Part shown: piece by piece, positions 18,231 through 24,613 of the stretch
Layout: the number at the start of each line of letters is the position of its first letter
How positions within the stretch are numbered: position 1 is the stretch's first letter
Source: a virus
Lineage: Duplodnaviria > Caudoviricetes
DNA: 24,613 nt
Virus record (IMG/VR): IMGVR_UViG_3300032219_001106
Span: 1-24,613 of that record
Strand: one strand, 5' to 3'
Notes under the pieces: model-generated
Databases searched by the model: none
What the model was told of the DNA's origin: nothing
The model's input: only the letters and a program-made list of their open reading frames with translations
Program-made: the position numbers and the translations under genes

Positions 18231-18632
18231 TTATTTACCTATATGGTATTTAGGAACTAATTCCCATTCCTTTTTATCTTTGTATGGAATAATCTTAAGT
18301 TGCGCGATACTAAGTTGATGATTCTTGTATTTCTCATCTAGTGGAGTAATCAATCCCCATTCAGTGAGTAGTTTAACAATAGTATTGCGTCTTGCAATAT
18401 CATTTTCACTAGTATCTGTTTCTAGCCCATCAAGAGCCAAAAGTTCCTTGAAGTGAAGGATTGCATATCTGCCTCGTTTATGCAGTATATGACAACTTTG
18501 ATATAATTTTTTTTCTTTGCGGGAAGAAACGCCAATTCGAGTTAGTGTTTCTTTTACTTTGAGGAAGTCATCTTCATGCTTTAGACTAACTTCAACGCCG
18601 TATCCTTGAAAAATATCTTCCGTGTTATTCAT
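18231..18632 (-). CDS. regA: Translational repressor RegA
   Basis: DDFLKVKETLTRIGVSS, LYQSCHILHKRGRYAILHFKELLALDG, RRNTI, WELVPKY; directly follows gp62. Confidence 0.97.
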   Translation of the reverse strand: MNNTEDIFQGYGVEVSLKHEDDFLKVKETLTRIGVSSRKEKKLYQSCHILHKRGRYAILHFKELLALDGLETDTSENDIARRNTIVKLLTEWGLITPLDEKYKNHQLSIAQLKIIPYKDKKEWELVPKYHIGK

Positions 18633-18680
18633 AGTAAACCATTTCTTAAATACCTAATGCCTCTTCATTATTGGCACAGA

Positions 18681-18687
18681 TATTTAG
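18681..18687 (-). promoter_or_regulatory. Late promoter-like CTAAATA between gp62 and regA
   Basis: Intergenic ATACTAAATA on the minus strand. Confidence 0.55.
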
Positions 18688-18694
18688 TATATGG

Positions 18695-19078
18695 CTACTT
18701 TTGACCACCAGTAAAGGTTTGTTCCTTCAGTAGTTGAATGTCCTTTTCAGAAAGCAGAGGAAGCACATCTTTGGCTGTCTTGTGGGAGTAATTATAGACT
18801 TGCTTAAGCATGTCGATTACTTCGCTCTCCTCATCCTTGAGCCATTTGCTGAAACGCTTTCTTTGTCGTACAGAAAGACGTAGATAATCGAAGTGCATCT
18901 TCTTTGGGATGGATGGAACCTCGTTCATCTGATTAGATTGCAGCACGGTGTCAGGAAAGTAGGATAAACACCGATTTACGACATAGGGGGTATAGTCCTT
19001 TTCGTTCAGGTTATTCTCTCCATCTAGGAGACTTTCCTTTGAGTAATTAATGGCTGTTAAGAAGTCGCCTAATTTCAT
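18695..19078 (-). CDS. 62: Clamp loader small subunit (T4 gp62-like)
   Basis: YTPYVVNRCLSYFPDT, MN, RKRFSKW, YNYS...A and terminal GG; located between gp44 and regA. Confidence 0.93.
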   Translation of the reverse strand: MKLGDFLTAINYSKESLLDGENNLNEKDYTPYVVNRCLSYFPDTVLQSNQMNEVPSIPKKMHFDYLRLSVRQRKRFSKWLKDEESEVIDMLKQVYNYSHKTAKDVLPLLSEKDIQLLKEQTFTGGQK

Positions 19079-20013
19079 TTGAATTCACATCCCATCATTA
19101 GTTCAACCACACAAGCCACCATATTGATCTCCTGATCCGCCACGAATGCCGACTTGTACTGATACTCCGCAATAGTCAAAATGGCAGTGGGAATAGATCC
19201 AGACTTCAGATACTCGTATAGACCCTCATAGAGTTTACGGAAGATGTGTTGTGGATCGTTGTCCATATTGGAAACAACCCAAGAACGAGCCGAACTAAAG
19301 TCCTTCTCCTTCATATACCCCATCAGATCCTTGATCTTCAATTGACCGGCTTCACTGAGAATACCGACATCAATCACACCCGCAGCAGAATACCTCTGGA
19401 GTTCGTTTAAAGTCCTTCTGAAGTCAGGGAAATGCTTTATAATGAGTTGGGACAGAACTTTGCTATCGAAGTCGATCTTTTCATTCTTTAGCACAAATTC
19501 ACATCGCTTCAGGAACTGCTTGGCTAGTTCTGGCTTCTCTTTTGCGGGGATGCTAAAGTCGATACAGGTGCAACGAGAATGAATTGGCTCAATAATCCGG
19601 TTCTTGTAATTACAAGTCAGAATAAATCGGCAGTTCTTAGCAAACTCCTCAATCGCACCACGCAATGCTGGCTGAATAGATTGAGCATTTGAATAATCAA
19701 ACTCATCAAGGATAACTATCTTCTTAGATGCAGACAGTGAAATGGTAGAAGCAAACTGACGAATCTTGGTACGCAGAGTATCAATATTGCCATCCTCTGA
19801 GCAGTTGATGATAATCCAATCCGCGCCAAGTTGATTACAGAGTGCGCGAGCCACACTAGTCTTTCCTGTTCCTGCTTTACCGGATAGGAGAAGATTAGGG
19901 CACTCACCAGACTCTACGATATCCATGAAAGTCTTCTTCAGAGATTCTGGAAGAATACAATCATCGATTGTTTTCGGACGATACTTTTCTACAAATAGAT
20001 TGATTTCGCTCAT
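19075..20013 (-). CDS. 44: Clamp loader AAA+ subunit (T4 gp44-like)
   Basis: VEKYRP, Walker A GKAGTGKT, Walker B ILDEFD, SRC motif, FPDFRR. The ATG at 20013 follows a GGAG SD. Confidence 0.96.
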   Translation of the reverse strand: MSEINLFVEKYRPKTIDDCILPESLKKTFMDIVESGECPNLLLSGKAGTGKTSVARALCNQLGADWIIINCSEDGNIDTLRTKIRQFASTISLSASKKIVILDEFDYSNAQSIQPALRGAIEEFAKNCRFILTCNYKNRIIEPIHSRCTCIDFSIPAKEKPELAKQFLKRCEFVLKNEKIDFDSKVLSQLIIKHFPDFRRTLNELQRYSAAGVIDVGILSEAGQLKIKDLMGYMKEKDFSSARSWVVSNMDNDPQHIFRKLYEGLYEYLKSGSIPTAILTIAEYQYKSAFVADQEINMVACVVELMMGCEFK

Positions 20014-20026
20014 AATAAACTCCAAT

Positions 20027-20060
20027 AAAAAAGGACGACTGGAAACCCAATCGTCCTTTT
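20027..20060 (-). terminator. Rho-independent terminator between gp45 and gp44
   Basis: Minus strand reads AAAAGGACGATTGG-GTTT-CCAGTCGTCCTTTTTT: a stem with one G-U pair ending in U6. Confidence 0.85.
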
Positions 20061-20076
20061 GAACTCACGGTTTCTT

Positions 20077-20766
20077 TTAGTTATTGTAACTGCTAGATGA
20101 CTCTAGTGCAACCCAATACTTCAAGGAAAGATCCTTGTGAGTAAATTGACTGATAACAGACTTGGCGATCTGTACCTCATATTCTCCGGGGAGGAACTTC
20201 AGATTCTCAATACGGAAGTCGAATGAGAATTCTGCGTCACCCCTATGATCACCAAGAGTTACGCTAAACTGATTGCAAGTCGGATCATTCTTGTCGCAAA
20301 CAACGCCAATGATCTTCTTACCATCAGTTGTAACGGAGAGATGGGGAAGTTGTAGAACTGATGAAGCACGAACGAGTTCATCGAACATACTCTCAGTCAG
20401 ATCAAAGTTAACTACTGCTTCTGGCATGTTGATTGACTTTGTGGGAACAGTCAGCAACTTTGGCTCAGAATAGTAATACTTAACCTTTGATCCATTACCA
20501 CCAGAAACGGTAACATACTTATCCTCAAACTCAAACTCAGCGTCCTTGAACAGTGAAACTGTACAAAGAAACTTGTTCATGTCCCAAATACCAAACTCGG
20601 TATCAAACTTCTCATCAACGGTTGCTTCAGCCATGACATTCTTGGCTGGAGCAACGGTAGCAATCTTGTTGCCTGGCTTGACAAGAAGATTGGAGTTGAT
20701 TGAAGTAAAGTTCTTTAGAATTGTTTGTGTTTGCTTTGAAATTTTCATAGTTGTAGATGTAGTCAT
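20077..20766 (-). CDS. 45: Sliding clamp (T4 gp45-like)
   Basis: MKISKQTQTILKNFTSINSNL, FGIWDMNKFL, ENLKFLPGEY, YWVALE. The start at 20766 follows GAGG; 20748 is an alternative. Confidence 0.95.
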   Translation of the reverse strand: MTTSTTMKISKQTQTILKNFTSINSNLLVKPGNKIATVAPAKNVMAEATVDEKFDTEFGIWDMNKFLCTVSLFKDAEFEFEDKYVTVSGGNGSKVKYYYSEPKLLTVPTKSINMPEAVVNFDLTESMFDELVRASSVLQLPHLSVTTDGKKIIGVVCDKNDPTCNQFSVTLGDHRGDAEFSFDFRIENLKFLPGEYEVQIAKSVISQFTHKDLSLKYWVALESSSSYNN

Positions 20767-20770
20767 TTTT

Positions 20771-20950
20771 TTATTCCTCGTCTTCCATTCTATCCATAAT
20801 ATCTTCGATGTCAACAGTTCCGTGCTTAAAATCATCCATAAGGCGGCGGGTATCATGACGCGCGCCTTTGTTCTTCTTCACGCGGGTTTTCTTTACTGTG
20901 CGCTTGAAGTCACGATTGTCGGGTTCTCTTCCTTTATAGTTTTCTGACAT
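20771..20950 (-). CDS. Small hypothetical protein, 59 aa, basic core and acidic tail (MSENYKGREPDNRDFKRTVKKTRVKKNKGARHDTRRLMDDFKHGTVDIEDIMDRMEDEE); absent from the ORF track
   Basis: The ATG abuts the rnh stop with GAGG upstream. The ORF fills the rnh-gp45 gap, and its 3' end supplies the gp45 SD. Confidence 0.8.
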   Translation of the reverse strand: MSENYKGREPDNRDFKRTVKKTRVKKNKGARHDTRRLMDDFKHGTVDIEDIMDRMEDEE

Positions 20951-21790
20951 TTAAAAATCCTCAATGTTCTCAATCAAATTCTTTAGTTTCTTTTCGATCA
21001 TGTAAGACATAACCTTTGTCTTTGAGCCAACAGTTGGCTTTTCGAACTCTTCAAGGATCTTCTCTTCCAGATCCACAGGAATACAAGATAGATCAATGAT
21101 AGACTTGTTTCTGTCATAGAATGGCAACTCCTGAATGCGGTTATTCACGATGTCGTCCATAACTTTAGACATAACCTTGGTTGTAAGTCTCTTCTGTGAC
21201 TTTTCTTCGTTCACGAAGGTATCATCATCAGAGAGAATGTTTGGAACTCCATCAGAGGAATCCCCACGGGCAATATGTTCCAATAGGAACATCTTTGGAT
21301 TGCCTGTGCTGATATAAGACTTCTTCAACGGACTGTATTGAAACACATTTTCAAATACGCCAAGTTGCATGAAATCCTTATCATTAGATAAGATAAGAAT
21401 CTTTTCCATCTTATGGAAGTGCTTTGCAAGAACAAAGATGATATCATCAGCTTCGGTTGTCTCAACCGTGACACTCTTATATGGGAAAACTTCACGAATC
21501 TCCGAACGAATCTTATGAAGACTATCGTAAATCGCATCCCAATCCATATCAGAATTACTCTGACTCTTCTTGCGGTTTTGCTTGTACTGTGGGAAGATCT
21601 TCTTACGCCAACAGTTACTTGAATCGTTACATATTACAAGTTGACCATATTCACCACGGAATTCTGAATTATACTTACGATAAGTATTCAGAACCATATG
21701 GCGAATATATTCTTCATTCAGTTCGGGGTAATCTTTCATTGATTGAAAGATACTAGCGAGAATTATTTGATTGTTATCTAGGAGTATAAT
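20951..21790 (-). CDS. rnh: T4-like RNase H (5'-3' exonuclease, FEN/PIN fold), probable ATT start
   Basis: WRKKIFPQYKQNR, EADDII, SNDKDFMQL and GDSSDGVPN motifs. The conserved N-terminal strand ILLDNNQI lies 5' of the ATG at 21739 and begins at ATT 21790 behind GAGGTG. Confidence 0.92.
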   Translation of the reverse strand: MILLDNNQIILASIFQSMKDYPELNEEYIRHMVLNTYRKYNSEFRGEYGQLVICNDSSNCWRKKIFPQYKQNRKKSQSNSDMDWDAIYDSLHKIRSEIREVFPYKSVTVETTEADDIIFVLAKHFHKMEKILILSNDKDFMQLGVFENVFQYSPLKKSYISTGNPKMFLLEHIARGDSSDGVPNILSDDDTFVNEEKSQKRLTTKVMSKVMDDIVNNRIQELPFYDRNKSIIDLSCIPVDLEEKILEEFEKPTVGSKTKVMSYMIEKKLKNLIENIEDF

Positions 21791-21809
21791 GTTGCACCTC
21801 TTTTGCTTT

Positions 21810-21837
21810 ATTATAAGCGAAAGAGTTGAGAAGTCAA
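21810..21837 (-). promoter_or_regulatory. Sigma70-type (early) promoter for the rnh-gp45 block
   Basis: TTGACT-N16-TATAAT on the minus strand, just upstream of the rnh SD. Confidence 0.75.
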
Positions 21838-22142
21838 TAAATATTTACCCACTGGCTGCTGTCACCATCATCAATATACTTATAAATTTTTCCTGTGGAG
21901 ACATCTAGCCATTCATCTCCGGCATTTACATTTGATGGTGGTGTTGATGCGGAATAAAAATTAACTCCGCCACCAATTGTAGACCATCCAGCATGGGCTG
22001 GTGATGTTTCGGAAATTGTATAGTTTGCAACATATGTTTTTCCGTTATAGTCAACAACATCGCCAGCGTTATATACAACGAGCCTTCCGTTCTCGTCATA
22101 TGCTCGGTATTTGCCTCTAAAGTTTAAATTATCGTAATTCAT
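21834..22142 (-). CDS. Small fibre-type protein with a CBM5/12-like N-terminal motif
   Basis: YNAGDVVDYNGKTYVA...W, plus a C-terminal PSNVNAGDEWLDVSTGKIYKY...QWV module. Confidence 0.65.
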   Translation of the reverse strand: MNYDNLNFRGKYRAYDENGRLVVYNAGDVVDYNGKTYVANYTISETSPAHAGWSTIGGGVNFYSASTPPSNVNAGDEWLDVSTGKIYKYIDDGDSSQWVNIY

Positions 22143-23266
22143 TTGATGGCTCTAAGAATTAGCGTATGCCCATTGATTCTGCCCTTTGGCAAAGATTCTT
22201 TGGTGTTAATTGCCTTCCATGCATTATTTATAGCACGAATACCATCTTTCTTCGCTACCTTGATAAAATCTGTTGGCTTCTTTACAGTCTTTTCCTTCGA
22301 TTGATCTAGATCAAAACCAATGATGCTAGATCCCTTAACAACCAATCCACCCTGACTTGGATCGCCAACAAACAAAGTAGCCTTACGAGTCTTTGTGTTG
22401 TATGTAATCACTGTAGAAGCACCAATGATATCTTCTGGCATAATAGATTCTGCGCCAGTATTAGTATCCTTTGCAAGATACTTCAACTTCTTTACCAGTT
22501 GCTCTGGCTTACGCTTCTTCTTCTTTCTTGGCTTTCTATTGCTCTTCACAATAGACATACGCAACTTTAGATGATCACACAGCATCTTATGAAAGTCATA
22601 AAACTTTCTAAGTTTTGGCTTAGAGAAGAAACTATAACCTTCTAAAAGTTCTTTGTTTTCTCCAAGAAGAGCCATCTTAAGTTCTTCTGAGCGTGGATCA
22701 AATGTTTGGAGCATAAACTCACAATGCATTCCACTTGGTTCAGCAGAAGTGAGCCACGCTTCGATGTCAAATTGCTTATAGTGTGGTCTATTTCCACGAA
22801 GATATTCCATGTATTCATCAACTTGCTCTTCTAATTCGGAAGCAAGTTCACATGATTGCGCTCGAACACGATCCCGAACAGAAATAGTTTCAACTGGACT
22901 TTCATCAGTGGAAATCAACTTTCCCTTTTGAATAAGGGAAGCAATTGTTTCATCTACTCTCTGTTGAAACATAGGTGGAAGAATACAACCCTTGTTTGAT
23001 GCTTGGCACTTTCCACCAATCGCTCTAAACTCAAATGCTTCAGTTCCTAACTTACGCAAGAATTCACGATCTGTGATCTTCAAGCGATCAGCATAATCCA
23101 AAACAGCAGATCGATAATCTCGTTCGCTGTATCGTACATTATACCAATTCGCTGCAAGAGCAAGCGACCATGCAACCTTTTCAATGTCTGCAAAGTCTTC
23201 CTTGTTCCAAAGTTTCCAATTGGGTTCTTTACCGTAGAAAATGTCTTCAGTGTTTTGTTTAGTCAT
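22139..23266 (-). CDS. Hypothetical protein of T4-like phage type
   Basis: 375-aa ORF overlapping both neighbours by 4 nt; EGYS, a basic RKPRKKK patch and C-terminal GRINGHTLILR. No function recognised. Confidence 0.7.
   Translation of the reverse strand: MTKQNTEDIFYGKEPNWKLWNKEDFADIEKVAWSLALAANWYNVRYSERDYRSAVLDYADRLKITDREFLRKLGTEAFEFRAIGGKCQASNKGCILPPMFQQRVDETIASLIQKGKLISTDESPVETISVRDRVRAQSCELASELEEQVDEYMEYLRGNRPHYKQFDIEAWLTSAEPSGMHCEFMLQTFDPRSEELKMALLGENKELLEGYSFFSKPKLRKFYDFHKMLCDHLKLRMSIVKSNRKPRKKKKRKPEQLVKKLKYLAKDTNTGAESIMPEDIIGASTVITYNTKTRKATLFVGDPSQGGLVVKGSSIIGFDLDQSKEKTVKKPTDFIKVAKKDGIRAINNAWKAINTKESLPKGRINGHTLILRAIK
22225..22232 (-). promoter_or_regulatory. Perfect T4 late promoter consensus TATAAATA, probably serving ORF 21834..22142
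   Basis: Exact 8-mer about 80 nt upstream of the ATG at 22142, inside the upstream CDS. Confidence 0.5.
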
Positions 23267-24612
23267 GGCTTATAGAATACGAATATCGGTTCATATTTTA
23301 AATAAGTTCCGTCAACTTTGCAATAGTTTTTACACTTTGGCACACCATTTTCATCAAGTCGATTCTGCCCCGGCATAGATTCTAGAGCCATCTTTAACAT
23401 GCCCTTGTATTCCATACCAAGGCTCTCAAGAACATCTCTTGAATCTTTTTCAAGTGGAAGATACTCACCACTAATTAATAGGTCAGCAATATTCCATAAT
23501 AGATAACGGTCGTTCTTAAGATACTCAAAGCAAGTTTCAAGAGTTGGCTTTAAGAAACCATCACGCCACGATTCATATGAACTGAACTTCTTATATGATT
23601 GTTCAGGATCATCAGAATAGGCTTCACGATTGAAGTATGGCGGCGAAGTAAAGACAAGATCAATCTTTCCCTTATATTTCTGGAAAGATGGATTGTCCTT
23701 TATTACTTCTGAACCTTCGCAGAAAACTTCGAATGTATTTGTGTGGCTGAAGAATGGATTGCTTCGATAAGTTTTTTCATTGAAGAATGAAGCAAGTTGC
23801 CCATATCTAGAATCAGTTCCATGATGGTTGTCACTATTAGGATCAGTGCCAATGTAGTGAATAACCCGATCATCACGAACAGACATAGCACCCAGAATAC
23901 GACCTCCCCAACCGCTTGAAGGATCGTAGATATGAATTGCATTATCTTGTTTAATATGGTTTGTGTATCGCTCATACAGATATTTAGCAGTTAGAGGTGG
24001 GAAGTTTACAGCAACTTGAATATACCCAATACGGAAAGAAGCAAAACCGGCTGGAAATACTCGTTCACCTTTCTTGTAAATCCGTATAGAATATACTTTA
24101 TTGTCCTGTAGGTTCTCTGAATCAAATGTGGAGTAATGTCTGTATGACATCTTTGGCTTCCACATGACAAATTGATCTTTAGTGATCTGTAGAATATCAC
24201 TCTGTTGAATCTGAAAATACCCAGTATTCAGTCCATCACGGATCTCTACTTCTTCTAGCATGAAGTCATATCCTTCAAAGATAGAAGGACTTCCGAAGAA
24301 TGCTTCTAACCATTCTTCACCAGAATCAACATCAACGATTGCATACTTTGTATTATGCTTTATGGCAGACAGAGCATGTCGATAAAATGAATCACGACGA
24401 AGATGACGCATGGCGCCGCGAACAACACGATCTTGGAATTTGTCATCTGAGAATAAGTCATAAACAGAATAACCATTATCCTTTTCTGTGTAATTGATAC
24501 GAGTCTTCATCATGTTGGAGAACCACTGATCTGCTTCTCCACCAATTCTAGCCTTATTAATAATTACATCATCAACAGTTCCATCTGTGTTTAGATCATC
24601 AGTATGAGTAAA
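23263..24612 (-). CDS. Amino (N4-C/N6-A) DNA methyltransferase, 5'-truncated by the window edge
   Basis: Motif I IYDPSSGWGGR followed by motif IV VFTSPPYF. The frame stays open for 33 codons upstream of 24513 to the edge. Confidence 0.85.
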   Translation of the reverse strand, partial: FTHTDDLNTDGTVDDVIINKARIGGEADQWFSNMMKTRINYTEKDNGYSVYDLFSDDKFQDRVVRGAMRHLRRDSFYRHALSAIKHNTKYAIVDVDSGEEWLEAFFGSPSIFEGYDFMLEEVEIRDGLNTGYFQIQQSDILQITKDQFVMWKPKMSYRHYSTFDSENLQDNKVYSIRIYKKGERVFPAGFASFRIGYIQVAVNFPPLTAKYLYERYTNHIKQDNAIHIYDPSSGWGGRILGAMSVRDDRVIHYIGTDPNSDNHHGTDSRYGQLASFFNEKTYRSNPFFSHTNTFEVFCEGSEVIKDNPSFQKYKGKIDLVFTSPPYFNREAYSDDPEQSYKKFSSYESWRDGFLKPTLETCFEYLKNDRYLLWNIADLLISGEYLPLEKDSRDVLESLGMEYKGMLKMALESMPGQNRLDENGVPKCKNYCKVDGTYLKYEPIFVFYKP

Positions 24613-24613
24613 C

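Noticed and set aside
20767-20856. 30-aa N-terminal extension of gp45 in the ORF track
   Set aside because: It overlaps the 59-aa ORF. The SD and clamp similarity point to a start at 20766 or 20748.
20546-20947. 133-aa hydrophobic plus-strand ORF
   Set aside because: It is antisense to gp45 and the 59-aa ORF; the hydrophobicity mirrors K/E/R codons on the other strand.
1-24613. tRNAs, introns, inteins, IS elements and homing endonucleases
   Set aside because: Intergenic gaps are too short, core genes have normal lengths, and I recognised no such motifs. No covariance-model search was run.

Overview
This is a fragment of a large T4-like (myovirus-type) phage genome, and every credible gene is on the minus strand. 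Reading in transcription order (right to left), it starts with a truncated amino-DNA methyltransferase, a hypothetical protein and a small fibre/CBM-like protein. A T4-type replication block follows: RNase H with an apparent AUU start, a 59-aa ORF, sliding clamp gp45, clamp loader gp44 and gp62, and RegA. Directly after regA is a 16-gene, about 15 kb glycan island with 7 glycosyltransferases, Gmd, an RmlB-like dehydratase, an E1/RfbH-type 3-dehydratase, a ThDP enzyme, a DmpF/DmpG pair, two SDRs and an FkbM methyltransferase. The island runs into collagen-like fibre genes. The main inference is a phage-encoded pathway for a C4-branched higher sugar (erwiniose-like C10, or yersiniose-like), probably used to glycosylate virion fibres late in infection. 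All product calls rest on motif recognition; no database search was run.
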